From IMG/VR virus record IMGVR_UViG_3300027749_000065, positions 1-64,000 of that record: DNA of 64,000 nucleotides; one strand, written 5' to 3'. The position numbers and the translations under genes were made by a program. The DNA is from a virus. The notes beneath the pieces are model-generated. The model made no database searches, had not been told where the DNA came from, and was given only the letters and a program-made list of their open reading frames with translations. Every line of letters begins with the position of its first letter. Position 1 is the first letter of the stretch. Below, one piece after another: positions 46,529-58,400 of this stretch.

Positions 46529-47426
46529 TTTTATTTGTAAGATATGTAAAAAAGAGTTTAATAGTTTATTAGGTGTTTCAAATCATTCTAATAGATTTCA
46601 TAACATAAGTCCTAAAATGACATATATTGATTTTGTTTTGAATAATGTAGAACCTAAATGTGAATGTGGTTGTGGTGAAAAAACAAAATTTTTAACTATA
46701 AATAAAGGTTTTAGTAAGTTTATTTCTGGACATAATAGTTCCACATCAAATAATAACTTTCATAAAAACCCTGAAAGTAAAATTAAATCGGCAAAGACAC
46801 AATCTGAAAATTGGAGTAAAGGTATGTATCGTAGATGGTGGGAAGAGGATACTGAAGATACTAAACAAAAAATTGAAGGGATAAAAGAAAAATTAAGAAA
46901 CGACAAAGTAAGAGGTAAGAAAATATCTGATAAATTATCAGGTGTACCTAAAACAGAAGAAAGTAAAATTAAAAATTCGTTATCTCAAATCGAAAGATAT
47001 AAAAATAACCCCCAATTAAAAATTGATGCATCTAAAAGAAAACTAATTTGGATGAGAAATAATTCAAAAGTTAAAACATCTAAATTAGAAATTATTTTCT
47101 CTAAAATTTTAGATGATCTTGGTTTAATAAAAGATGTTGATTATATACATAATTATTTAATATCTGAAATTAAAACTTTTTTTGATTTTTATTTTATTAA
47201 TAAAAAAATATTAATTGAAGTTGATGGTGATTTTTATCATTGTAATCCAAATAGTAAATTTTCAATTCCAAAATACGAAATACAAAATAAAAACATATCA
47301 AATGATAAAAGGAAAAATACATGGTGTAAAAATCATAATATCATATTAATTCGTTATTGGGAAAAAGATATAAATGAAAACCCTGAATATGTAATAAAAG
47401 ATTTAAAAGAAAAATTAGGTATTTGA
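46521..47426 (+). CDS. Free-standing homing endonuclease (DUF559/Vsr-like, NUMOD3, C2H2 finger)
   Basis: CKIC..H...H, CECGCG, FDFY..LIEVDGDFYH, LIRYWE. Confidence 0.8.
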   Translation: MEIFICKICKKEFNSLLGVSNHSNRFHNISPKMTYIDFVLNNVEPKCECGCGEKTKFLTINKGFSKFISGHNSSTSNNNFHKNPESKIKSAKTQSENWSKGMYRRWWEEDTEDTKQKIEGIKEKLRNDKVRGKKISDKLSGVPKTEESKIKNSLSQIERYKNNPQLKIDASKRKLIWMRNNSKVKTSKLEIIFSKILDDLGLIKDVDYIHNYLISEIKTFFDFYFINKKILIEVDGDFYHCNPNSKFSIPKYEIQNKNISNDKRKNTWCKNHNIILIRYWEKDINENPEYVIKDLKEKLGI

Positions 47427-47458
47427 TTTTTTTACAAAAATATATTTCAAATTATACG

Positions 47459-47487
47459 AATTCCCATATTTTATATGGGAATTTTTT
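47459..47487 (+). terminator. Terminator
   Basis: AATTCCCATAT-TTT-ATATGGGAATTTTTT. Confidence 0.8.
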
Positions 47488-47541
47488 ATTTATAAAAAAA
47501 ATTCTTTACTTTCAACTATATATTAATTAAATTAATGTATT

Positions 47542-48291
47542 ATGGAAGAATTAAAGATTGACCCAAGAGTTGCTTATGATGTAGTAGAACTACCGAGCAA
47601 AGGTATTCATTACCCAAACAAAAAGAAATCAGTTAGAGTTGCGTATTTAACTGCTGCAGATGAAAATATCTTATCTGCACCGAATTTTATAAATTCAGAT
47701 TCAATGATTGGTGAATTGTTGAAAAGAAAAGTATTAGATAGAGATATTGATACTGATGATTTAGTTGAAGAAGATATTCAAACTATTCTTATCTTTTTAA
47801 GAAATACTGCTTTTGGTAGTGAATATGAAATTACCACTACTGATCCTAAAACAAATAAACCTTTCAATACTAAAATTGATTTGGGTTCATTGAAAGTAAA
47901 AGACTTTAATTTAGTTGGAAATAGTGACGATGAGTTTTCATATTATTTTGAAAAATCTAAAGTTGATATTACTTTTAAATTTTTAAATAAAAAACAAGAA
48001 AGAGAAATTGAAAAAATTAAAACAGGTTGGAATGGTTTAGGTGCACCACCTATTGTTACAAAAAGATTGGAATTTATGATTAAATCCATAGGAGGAAATA
48101 AAGACCAATTAAATATTAGAAATTTAGTTGAAAATTTACCAATTAAGGATTCACAAGATTTTAGAAAATTTGTTGAAGAAAATAAACCAGGTTTAGACCT
48201 AACACAAACTGTAACAACCCCATCAGGAGAGAATATCCAAGTAAATATTGGATTTGGGGTAGAATTCTTTCTCCCTTTCTTCGGACTATAA
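47542..48291 (+). CDS. Tail assembly chaperone / baseplate hub assembly protein (gp26-like)
   Basis: VELPSKG..Y, LTAADENIL, ILIFLR..AFG..Y, C-terminal EFF.P; between tube and tape measure genes. Confidence 0.75.
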   Translation: MEELKIDPRVAYDVVELPSKGIHYPNKKKSVRVAYLTAADENILSAPNFINSDSMIGELLKRKVLDRDIDTDDLVEEDIQTILIFLRNTAFGSEYEITTTDPKTNKPFNTKIDLGSLKVKDFNLVGNSDDEFSYYFEKSKVDITFKFLNKKQEREIEKIKTGWNGLGAPPIVTKRLEFMIKSIGGNKDQLNIRNLVENLPIKDSQDFRKFVEENKPGLDLTQTVTTPSGENIQVNIGFGVEFFLPFFGL

Positions 48292-48415
48292 GGTATCACA
48301 ATTAAATGAAATTTTATTATTAGTTACTAGAGGTTTTAGTTATTCTGATTTATTAATAATGCCAATCTATGTAAGAAGGTTTTATATTAATCAATTAATA
48401 GTAAATAAAAATTAA
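48263..48415 (+). CDS. Frameshifted C-terminal extension of the chaperone (gp51/gpT-like)
   Basis: +1 frame: SSDYKVSQLNEILLLVTRGFSYSDLLIMPIYVRRFYINQLIVNKN*, with no ATG before the MP motif. Confidence 0.65.
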   Translation, partial: NSFSLSSDYKVSQLNEILLLVTRGFSYSDLLIMPIYVRRFYINQLIVNKN

Positions 48416-48441
48416 TCTATTTATTAATAAATTACTTAACT

Positions 48442-50331
48442 ATGACTATAGATGAAATAATTGATTTGGTTAATAAATCTAAAAATGAAAATGATTTTAT
48501 TGCAAATTTAAGAGATAAAAAAGATCTTGTTTCAGATGAAAAAGCTAGACGTTTTTACAATCAACATAAAATTAAAACAGAACCAAATAAAAGTACGGGA
48601 GGTTCTAATAATTCTAGTAATAGTGATACGGTTGGTGATTTTGCAGGTGGGTTAAATGATATATTAGATAAATTCCAAACAAAATCTAGATATAGTAATC
48701 CAGATTCAAATACGGGAAATATTAGTGATATTTTAAAAACTATAGAAAAAGGTGGTGTATCTTGGAGTACTGTACTTGGCACTATAAAACTATCAATGGG
48801 TGCTATTGTTGATCAGATTGCAAAAGAAAGTGACTTACATACTAATATAAATGAATCTTTAGGTGTCACTGGAAAATTATCAGAAGACACAAGGGATGCA
48901 ATTATTCAATCTTCAGTACATGCGAAAGAATTTGGTTATGGTTTAGAAGACGTTGCAAGTTTATCCAAAAGTATTGGAGAATCAACGGGCAAATTTAATA
49001 TGTTATCTGATCAACAAATGAATAAGGCGGAAGAAACTGCAAGGGCATTTGTTGGTACTTTAAATCAAATGGGTGAAACATTTAATCAATTTGAACAAGT
49101 TGGTATTGGGGCAACAAAGGCGATGGAAGATATCAATAATGCCGGTCTAACATCATTACATTTAGGATTAAATGCGAAAAAAACAGTTAAAGATATAAGT
49201 GAAAACTTAGGTAAATTAAATGAATATGGTTTCAAGAATGGTGTTCAAGGTTTAGCTGAAATGTCAAGAAAGTCAACTGAGTTCAGAATGAGTATGTCCG
49301 AAGTTTTTAAAGTTGCGGATAAAGTAATGAGCCCAGAAGGTGCGATTGATTTGGCAGCGAATTTACAAGTTTTAGGTGGTGCAATTGGTGATTTTAATGA
49401 CCCATTAAAAATGATGTACGACGCAACAAATAATGTTGAAGGTTTACAAGATGCTTTAATAAAGAGTGCAAGTTCATTGGCAACATATAACAAAGAACAA
49501 GGTAGATTTGAAATAACAGGTATTAATTTAAGAAGAGCTAAAGAAATGGCTTCTCAACTTGGTGTTAGTATGGGTGAACTAACTAAAAGCGCAATCGCAT
49601 CACAAGAAAGGATGGAAGGGATGGCTGAGATGACATCTAAAGCGTTTAGTGGTTTTAAAGATACTGATAAAGAATTTTTACTTAATATGTCTAGAATGGA
49701 TAAAGGTGAAATGAAGATATCTATTCCACCAAACCTAAGAGAAAATTTAGAATTAAAATTTGGTGACCAATCACAGGTTGCATTAAAAGATTTAAGTGAT
49801 AAACAAGCAAATGCATTATTGGAATATAAAAAACAAATTGAAACTATGGGTAGTGCGGAGGACGTTGCTAGAGGACAATTTAGTGCTATTGTTAATATTA
49901 AAAATTCATTGGACACCATAATACAATCACAGATAACTAAAGGTTCTAAAATGGTTATGGGTAGTGGTGATAATAGATTAGGTCTCAATAAAAAATTAGG
50001 AAATATTTCAAAAAGTTTGGTTGAAAGTTCAAAATACGTACAAAATAATGTAAATTTACCTGAAACTGCTGTTGGTGAAGTTAATAAAATAATTAACGAA
50101 TTTAAAAATAGTGAAATATTTAAAACACTTAGTAATATTGAAAATTCGGCAGAAGAAAATGCTAAAAAAATGATTAGTGCAGTAAGTGAGGGTGTTTCTA
50201 AAGGTGGTGAAATAGTTAAAGAGGCGTTTAAAAGTATGTCTAATATTACAAACAATATCACTAATAATTACAATGGTGATTCGTCAAGTGGGAATAAAGG
50301 TAATTTTTTATCCCCAACTAAATCTAAATAA
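48442..50331 (+). CDS. Tape measure protein
   Basis: Ala/Gly/Ser-rich helical protein directly after the chaperone. Confidence 0.7.
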   Translation: MTIDEIIDLVNKSKNENDFIANLRDKKDLVSDEKARRFYNQHKIKTEPNKSTGGSNNSSNSDTVGDFAGGLNDILDKFQTKSRYSNPDSNTGNISDILKTIEKGGVSWSTVLGTIKLSMGAIVDQIAKESDLHTNINESLGVTGKLSEDTRDAIIQSSVHAKEFGYGLEDVASLSKSIGESTGKFNMLSDQQMNKAEETARAFVGTLNQMGETFNQFEQVGIGATKAMEDINNAGLTSLHLGLNAKKTVKDISENLGKLNEYGFKNGVQGLAEMSRKSTEFRMSMSEVFKVADKVMSPEGAIDLAANLQVLGGAIGDFNDPLKMMYDATNNVEGLQDALIKSASSLATYNKEQGRFEITGINLRRAKEMASQLGVSMGELTKSAIASQERMEGMAEMTSKAFSGFKDTDKEFLLNMSRMDKGEMKISIPPNLRENLELKFGDQSQVALKDLSDKQANALLEYKKQIETMGSAEDVARGQFSAIVNIKNSLDTIIQSQITKGSKMVMGSGDNRLGLNKKLGNISKSLVESSKYVQNNVNLPETAVGEVNKIINEFKNSEIFKTLSNIENSAEENAKKMISAVSEGVSKGGEIVKEAFKSMSNITNNITNNYNGDSSSGNKGNFLSPTKSK

Positions 50332-50373
50332 ATAATATTTTTTAATATTGTCTATTTATTATAAAACACAATA

Positions 50374-53300
50374 ATGCCAAGTTATTTAGATTTTAATACA
50401 ACAAAAGTTTTTAGGGACGCAGTAATAAATAGAACTTTAAAACAACCTAATGGACCTCAAACATTTACAAGTGCAAACTATGTAGTTCAAGGTACTAATG
50501 ATTTTCCTGATATCTATCAAGGTACGGTTGAAGATATTAGACCATCTAAATTATTATTAACACAAAATAGTAATATTTATAAACCAACAAATTATTTTAT
50601 TAACGACACAATAGGTGTATTACCAAGGAAATCTAATTTAACATTATATCCTTATTTTGTCTCAAGTAAACATAATTTAATTGGTATAATGACAAGTGGT
50701 GATGATACTACTGAATCTGAATTATATCGTTTTGCAGCACATTACATTAAAACTAATTCAAATGGACCTGTTCTTTCTAGAGTTACACAGAACTTGGAAT
50801 CCGCAACTATTGGTAGATTTAGATTAGCAGACGCATTAAATGGTAATACTGCAACAGCATTAAACATATTAACTGGTAGAGAACCTTTAATTGAACCAAA
50901 TTATAAAGTTACTGTTTCAAATTCGTTGGTAGGTAAAGCAATTGATTTTGTTCAAACAGTTGCAGGAACATCATTACCATTTTCAACAATACCGGGTGAT
51001 TATTTAACTGACCCAAGAAACCCTATTCATTATAGACCAACACCAAGTTCGGAATTAGGAAAAGTTGTTCAAGATGTTACTGGTGCAATTGGTTCATTAA
51101 TTGGTATTCAAAGAAGACCAAAAACAACAAGAAAACCATCTGATTTATTAATTGAACATACAAGTAATGGTCAATTAAATAGATTATATGATTTATTATC
51201 TTATTCAAAATATGCACCTAATTATACAACAGTAGCAAGATCACAAAATTCATCTAAATTATTTGGTTTTATTGATAAAGTTGCTCAAGGTATAAAAAAT
51301 GTTTTAGGTACAGAAGCACCAGCTGGTAAAGCGTATATCGGTGATGATAGATCTGATAATGTGATAAATGCAATGACAGACCAATTCGGAAGACCTGTTC
51401 ATAGTACATATTATTTAGGTTTAAAATTTGACCCAATTCAAACAAATTATTTTGAAGGGATGAAGGGATTAAGCGAAGGTGGTGATATTGCCAGTAAATT
51501 AACATGGTATGGTATTAATTCAAGAAAGAATAATAAATTAGGTGTAAATAATGCAAATTATAAAACATCACAAGAAAGTAAAATTTTACCTACTCTTTCA
51601 ACAAATACAAATTTTAGAGAAGGTTCAATATTATCAGTAACTCAAGAGATACTTAACACAATGCCACCAGGAGGACAATCACGTACTCATGTTGGTAATG
51701 TTATTGACCAAACTTCTAGAGTATTCAAAGAAGGTAATAAAATGTTATCAAGAGGTTCTGCAATTAAATATACTGAAAAATTTACTGGTATTGAAAGTGG
51801 TGTTGAGTATTGTAGGGTTTGGACAAAAGATAGACCATATTATACATATGCAGATACAATGAAACGTAATGCTAACATTAGAAAAATGGATGGTAGCGTT
51901 ATGGGTGGGGCTAGTAGAGTTTGGAATTTAAATTATGGTCCAATAAGTGTAAATAATAAAGATTTTGTAGGTTCAACAAATTTATTTCCACGTACAAAAA
52001 GTTCTAATGAACCTGAAAATTTTTATGCTAAAAAATATATGTTTTCAATTGAAAACTTAGCATGGAGATCATCAAATAAACCTGGGTTTACTGTACAAGA
52101 TTTACCTGTTTGTGAAAGAGGTAATAATGGTGGTAGAGTTATGTGGTTTCCACCATATGATTTAAAAGTTCAAGAAAGTAATGCTGCAAGATGGGAAAGT
52201 AATTCATTTTTAGGAAGACCTGAACCAATTTATACATATCAAAATACTGAAAGAAGTGGTACGATTAGTTTTAAAGTAGTTGTAGATCACCCAAGTATTT
52301 TAAATTTATTAGTTAATCAAGAACTTAAAAATAAAAGTGATGAAGAAGCCGATAATTATATTAATGCATTTTTTGCTGGTTGTAAAGATCTTGATTTGTA
52401 TGAATTAGTACAAAAATACAAAACAGTAAGTGCTAGTGATTTAGAATTGATAATTGAATATATTAATAATGATAAACCAAATCAAGATATTGTTACAGAA
52501 AATAAAATAATTTTAGAACCAATTGTACAACCAGAACCAGATGTAAAGGTAGATCCAAGTCCAATCAAAGTACCACCATTATTGGTTCATTTAAGATTCC
52601 AAAATGATTATCCAAAAATACAAGTTAGCGATACTGCAAGTAAAGATAATTATGAAACTTATTATAAAGATATTTCTAGTGATTCATTTAAGACTAATAC
52701 AAAAAATCAATTAATAGATGGTATAACAAAAATATATAATAATAGTAATGATTTAAAATCTATAAATGATAGGGATATTTTACAATTAACACCAGGAGAT
52801 ACTTTATCAAATTGGACGGCAAGTACAGTTTCATTACTTGAAAAAGTTTTTACTAGTTCAGAAACTGGATATAACGACTTTAAACAAAGAATGAGTGATT
52901 TAAAGAATGATTTAACAAGTGGTTTAACGGGTAATATTAGAATTGGTATTACTTCATCATGTTCTGCTGTTGCTGATAATACATACAATATGGCATTATC
53001 TGTAAGAAGAACCGATTCAATCATTCAAGAAGTTTTGGCATTAATATCAACAGGTACACAAGACAGTAAATTAAACATAAGTAAAGCAGATTTACCTGTA
53101 AAAGGTGACACCGATAAAATAAAAGAGGTGGTATATACATTTAAAGAGTTAGGTTTTTCTTTAAACCCTGATAAAACATTAACTTTCACAACACATAGTA
53201 AAGGTGAAACTGCTGAAAGTGATTTTAGTGGTGATTGTGGTAAAAAGAATTTTTATAACACTAATTTAAAAATTGCATCACATCTTGCATTTGGTTGTAG

Positions 53301-55149
53301 ACAATCTATTGTTAATATTGAAACATATGAACGTAAGGATCCCAGTACAAACAAACCTAATGGTAATGATCCTACACCAAATGATATTAAATTTAGAGAG
53401 ATAATTATACCAGGAGGTAAAAAAACAGTAAAAGAAAAACGAAAAATACCTATTGATATAATGAAAAGAATTATATCAAAAACATTAAACGAATCTTTTT
53501 ATTTTAAAAAATTGGAAGAAACAGACCCACTTGTTTTTTCATCATTAAGAGAAAAATTAAAATATTTTCACCCAGGGTTTCATTCAATGACACCAGAAGG
53601 TTTAAACAGTAGATTAACTTTTTTACACCAATGTATAAGACCTGGAGATACTTTACCAATTAAAGGAGTGAGTGATGATAGGGATTTAAATGCACGAAAT
53701 ACAACATTTGGACCTCCACCTATTTGTGTTATCAGAATTGGTGATTTTTATCATTCAAAAATCGTAATAGAATCTGTTGGTATAACATATGATGATAACG
53801 TATGGGATTTAAATCCAGAAGGTATTGGTATTCAACCAATGATTGCAAATGTAAATTTACAAGTTAAATTTATTGGTGGTCAAGGTTTAGAAAAACCTGT
53901 TGAAAGATTACAAAATGCATTATCTTCTAATTTCTATGCAAATACTGAAATGTACGATGAAAGATCTCAGATAACAAATACAATGATGAATAATGGTGAG
54001 AAAACCACTAAAGAATTTACAAGAGAGTTTTTAGAAAAAATAAGAGGTAATAAAAATACAGAAGTAACGCCAAATACAACATCATCAAAAAATGAAATTA
54101 ATACACAGCAGTATATTGGAATTACCGATAATAAAACAGATGATTTAACTGGTTTACTTGATGGTGATGGTGGATTATTTAATGCCACAGAAAAATATTA
54201 TACAAATTATAAGGTGATATATAATTCTTTATTAAAGAATTTTGGTCCTAAAGTAATAAGTGTTTTATTATCACCAAAATATAGAACAGTAAATACATAT
54301 GAGGTATCGACACCGACATCAACAACTAATATTAACTTATTTGGTAATTATAGTGATGGTGTTGATTCTAACACTTTAATTAATGATTTTGGGGATAGTT
54401 GTTTAAAAACAATAAATAATATGACTGACTTATCTTCAATATTTGATTTCTCAAGTAGTGCGTTTAAAAACAAAGTAGGTTTAATTGCTGCATCGAATGA
54501 CATTTTAAAGAAATATCTACCAACAATAACTAGTTCGAGAATAAAGAATGACTTAATTGCTGATACTGGTTGTAATGATTTTTTATCATTCAGAAACACA
54601 TTGATTAAATCGTTGGATAAAGTTAATTTTTTAGTTAAATATCACTACGATGGAAAGGTAGATAAAGAAGGTACAACCGGAAAAAAGAATACATTAGATG
54701 GATTTATGATCGATGATTTTTATAATCAATATAGTAATGTTATTAATTACATAACAAATACTAATAGTTTATTATATGATAATTTAGATGATGGTATTGA
54801 TTTTAATACACCAGTAGTTAGTGAAAGTGATTTAAAATCAATTTTACAAGTATTATTAGTTAATGAAAAAAATAATATTTTAAATCTATATAAAGCACAA
54901 CCTACGACATTCCCAACAAAGGTAATTGATGATATTGAAGGTAATTTAAATGATTTTTTTAAACATCAACCAAAGTTGATAAACTTTAAATTTAAAAAAT
55001 ATCCAAAAAGAACAAATAGTAAAAAATTATCATATAATATTACGACTGAAGATTTAATTGTCGATCAGAATATGTTATCTGATCTAATTAAATTAAATTC
55101 ATCAAGTAATGTTGAAAAAAATAAATTAAATTTTTATAGAAAAAAATAA
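50374..55149 (+). CDS. Large baseplate/tail-tip protein with OmpA-like segment
   Basis: FPPYDL..W...FLGRPEPIYTY; N.ALS.RR; PPICVIRIGDFY..W. Confidence 0.6.
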   Translation: MPSYLDFNTTKVFRDAVINRTLKQPNGPQTFTSANYVVQGTNDFPDIYQGTVEDIRPSKLLLTQNSNIYKPTNYFINDTIGVLPRKSNLTLYPYFVSSKHNLIGIMTSGDDTTESELYRFAAHYIKTNSNGPVLSRVTQNLESATIGRFRLADALNGNTATALNILTGREPLIEPNYKVTVSNSLVGKAIDFVQTVAGTSLPFSTIPGDYLTDPRNPIHYRPTPSSELGKVVQDVTGAIGSLIGIQRRPKTTRKPSDLLIEHTSNGQLNRLYDLLSYSKYAPNYTTVARSQNSSKLFGFIDKVAQGIKNVLGTEAPAGKAYIGDDRSDNVINAMTDQFGRPVHSTYYLGLKFDPIQTNYFEGMKGLSEGGDIASKLTWYGINSRKNNKLGVNNANYKTSQESKILPTLSTNTNFREGSILSVTQEILNTMPPGGQSRTHVGNVIDQTSRVFKEGNKMLSRGSAIKYTEKFTGIESGVEYCRVWTKDRPYYTYADTMKRNANIRKMDGSVMGGASRVWNLNYGPISVNNKDFVGSTNLFPRTKSSNEPENFYAKKYMFSIENLAWRSSNKPGFTVQDLPVCERGNNGGRVMWFPPYDLKVQESNAARWESNSFLGRPEPIYTYQNTERSGTISFKVVVDHPSILNLLVNQELKNKSDEEADNYINAFFAGCKDLDLYELVQKYKTVSASDLELIIEYINNDKPNQDIVTENKIILEPIVQPEPDVKVDPSPIKVPPLLVHLRFQNDYPKIQVSDTASKDNYETYYKDISSDSFKTNTKNQLIDGITKIYNNSNDLKSINDRDILQLTPGDTLSNWTASTVSLLEKVFTSSETGYNDFKQRMSDLKNDLTSGLTGNIRIGITSSCSAVADNTYNMALSVRRTDSIIQEVLALISTGTQDSKLNISKADLPVKGDTDKIKEVVYTFKELGFSLNPDKTLTFTTHSKGETAESDFSGDCGKKNFYNTNLKIASHLAFGCRQSIVNIETYERKDPSTNKPNGNDPTPNDIKFREIIIPGGKKTVKEKRKIPIDIMKRIISKTLNESFYFKKLEETDPLVFSSLREKLKYFHPGFHSMTPEGLNSRLTFLHQCIRPGDTLPIKGVSDDRDLNARNTTFGPPPICVIRIGDFYHSKIVIESVGITYDDNVWDLNPEGIGIQPMIANVNLQVKFIGGQGLEKPVERLQNALSSNFYANTEMYDERSQITNTMMNNGEKTTKEFTREFLEKIRGNKNTEVTPNTTSSKNEINTQQYIGITDNKTDDLTGLLDGDGGLFNATEKYYTNYKVIYNSLLKNFGPKVISVLLSPKYRTVNTYEVSTPTSTTNINLFGNYSDGVDSNTLINDFGDSCLKTINNMTDLSSIFDFSSSAFKNKVGLIAASNDILKKYLPTITSSRIKNDLIADTGCNDFLSFRNTLIKSLDKVNFLVKYHYDGKVDKEGTTGKKNTLDGFMIDDFYNQYSNVINYITNTNSLLYDNLDDGIDFNTPVVSESDLKSILQVLLVNEKNNILNLYKAQPTTFPTKVIDDIEGNLNDFFKHQPKLINFKFKKYPKRTNSKKLSYNITTEDLIVDQNMLSDLIKLNSSSNVEKNKLNFYRKK

Positions 55150-55151
55150 AC

Positions 55152-55478
55152 ATGAGTAGAAATTATTTTAATAGATATCAATTTTTCGAAGAACAAGGAA
55201 GTTTTAGGATTGTACCTGGTATAGAAATACCAATTAAAGGCACTGACAAATATCTACAATATAAAAAAGGTAAAGATAGGTTAGATAAAATTTCACAACA
55301 GTATTATCAAAGTCCAGTTTTTGGTTGGTTGATATTATTATCAAACCCAACCGCGGGAAGTATTGAATTTGAAATACCTGATAATTTCTTATTAAGAATA
55401 CCAAACCCATTAGTTACCACTTTACAAGATTACAAAAGTGCAGTAGATTTATACACATTATACTATGGCAATAAATAA
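55152..55478 (+). CDS. Baseplate wedge protein (LysM/gp53-like)
   Basis: DRLDKISQQYY...GWLIL.SNP..LRIP. Confidence 0.75.
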   Translation: MSRNYFNRYQFFEEQGSFRIVPGIEIPIKGTDKYLQYKKGKDRLDKISQQYYQSPVFGWLILLSNPTAGSIEFEIPDNFLLRIPNPLVTTLQDYKSAVDLYTLYYGNK

Positions 55479-58400
55479 TTTAACAAATTCTGAAGAAATT
55501 TTAATAAAAGTAGATCAAAACAATTTAATTTGTATTGACCCAAATAGTGTTGTGGATAGTGATGGAAATGTACAACCAAGAGGAATACAACAAGAAAACT
55601 TAGTTATGTATGTTAATCTTGAGGCTGATTTAGTACCAAGAACAACTTTAATTAATAATGACAACAAAAATACTATGGTTAGTATTGCTGGTGGTCAATT
55701 AAATTTCATGAGAAATCAAAATGGTCAAGATTTTGATAGTACTTGGACTGACACATATACACCATATACCAACGAATCGTATGGAAGTCAAAATAAAATG
55801 TCGGAAAATGAAAATGGTATTAACCCACATTTACAACAAAAATGGTACGATACCTCAGCACAATCTTTTGGTATTGATAGTGTAAATATTACCATTAATT
55901 CTGCTGCGATTCCTAGAGTTAGTATTATGTTTATTGATGTTAGAGGTAAAACAATGTTTGAATCTCCTGAGAATTCACCATATAAAACATTTTTTCATGT
56001 ACCTTGGCCAATATTTTATTTAACAGTTAAGGGATTTTATGGAAAGGCAATTAGATATAGATTACATTTAGTTAAATTTTCTTCAAAATATAATGAAAGT
56101 AATGGTAATTTTGAAATATCAACAGATTTTGTTGGGTCAACATTTGCATATTTGAGTGATATACCTTTAAAAGGTATTCTTAATGCTCCTTATATGTTTT
56201 CAAGTGAAAGTACCACAAAACCTGTTTTTAACCCAAGTACAAAGACATATGATAAAAAGGTTTCTAAAACGGCAAGAGGATATTCAATATTAAAATCAGT
56301 ATATGCTGAATATAAACAAAAAGGTTATCTACCAGAAGATTTCCCTGTTAAAACATTAAGAGAGATTGCTGTTGTTGCCCAAACATTAGATAAACTATTT
56401 GAATCCGAAATATTATCAGAAGTTGTAAATGTTGAAATTTTTAAGGTATTAAAAGAAATGGGTGATACAATTCTTGCATTTGATAATGATGTCAAAACAT
56501 GGGCAAGAACCACCTTATCAACACAAAAAGAACTAAAAAATGGTGATGATTATTATTACCTTTTGGGTACAGTATCTGACAAAACAAGTTCGGCAAAAAT
56601 AATTGGTACAACAACAACAAATACTTTAGAATCTATTATAACAAAATATAATAAACAACTAAAAGAGACACAAACACTTGCAAATAAAATAAAACTAACA
56701 AGCAAAAATAAAATAGATTTAACTAAAGTTAATGTTAAATTAATTGGTGAAATTTCTAATTATTATATACAAGTTGGTACAAATTATTTAGTTGCGATTG
56801 ATAAATTATATAATCAAATACAAGAAATACACAGAACATTTGAGGAACAAAGGGTTAAATTTGAAAATATCATTGAAGAAAAGATGAATGATATTGTTAA
56901 AGACCCTAAAAAGGGTATTGGATTTTCACCGACTGTTAAAAATATATTCGCTGTTTTATTGGCAAATGCTGAGGTTTTCATTAGATTAATGAAACAAACG
57001 CATGCTTCTGCTTTTGATGTATCTGAAAAAAGAAAAAATTTAATAAGTAATTTTTCAACAGAAACAATTGGTGAAAATATATATCCGTGGCCAGAAATAA
57101 AAAAACAAATTAATAACGATCAAAAAGTACCAGTTTATCCGGGTAATCCTGACATGATTTCTAAACTTAAATCTGATGATAGTACTTTATGGCCTGAAGT
57201 AAATTTTGTTGAAAATTTTCATGGCACTGCAACACAAAAATACGATCCATTGGGTGAAAAAGAAGGTGGTGTAAATCAGATTAATTATATTTTTGATTCT
57301 AATTCATCTGAATACAATTCAAGTAAAATTGGTTCTATATCTTATTTAAATAAAAATATACCATATAGTGAACAAATACCGACATCAATATTGTATGAGA
57401 TTTATGAAAGAGCATATAATTATACTTTTTTTGATTCGTTTAATACTAACACCTTAACAGAGTTAGCTAAAATTGAATTTGAAAATTTATCAAAATCAAT
57501 AAAAGAAAATGATGAAATTACAGTTCTTCTACATGATAAAATAATAAATAGAAATACGTTACTAACATATTTAAATACTTATTCACCATTACAGAGGTAT
57601 CCATATTATCAAGATAATTTACCTACAACAGATTATTTGGTAAATGCAATTAGTAAACCATTTAAAATTGAACAATATATACCACATAGTGGTATAAGTA
57701 CAGATTATCAATATCCAAAGTTAAATGAAAATTTATTAAACTATACCGTTGATGACGATAGAAAATATATTTATCCGTTTAGTTCTGATTTATATCTTTC
57801 ATATCAAAACATTTCAAAAAATAATTACCAAACAAACAATATTTCAATAGATGGTAATTTACAAGTCGATACATTAAACGGTTTTATTTGTTCACCTAAA
57901 AAACCAAAAAATTGGGTTAAAATTGGTAATAATAGTGGATATACTGAAAATTTATTTAGTCAAAAATTATTAATAGGGTATAGTCAAGTTAATATTTTAA
58001 ACACACCATATTTTCATAAACAACTTTATAATGATTTTAATAATGGAGTTAATTATGGAAAGTATGCTGGTTCTGCATATTTGTTATTAAATTCATTACC
58101 ATTTTATGATTTAGAAGATAAGTTAAATTTTAATATTAATAAAAGTAGTATCAATATGGCAACATTATTCAAAGAGGTTGGTGCTACTCATATGATACCA
58201 TATCACTTAATTGTTAAATGGGGTTCAATATATCATAGATATAAAAATTATTTATTAAATGGGGTTGATATTTTAGATGGGTTTTTAACAACAGGTAATA
58301 CCACAACAGTAGTACCGGGAAAAACATTTTTTAATTATAACCAAACAGGATCAACATTTACATCGTACACTATATCAAATATCGATATAGTGTATTCAGG

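Noticed and set aside
49554-50261. 235-aa antisense ORF and other short opposite-strand ORFs in the track (e.g. 14365, 16624, 27913, 43690, 47943)
   Set aside because: Shadows of well-supported genes, with no motifs or promoters
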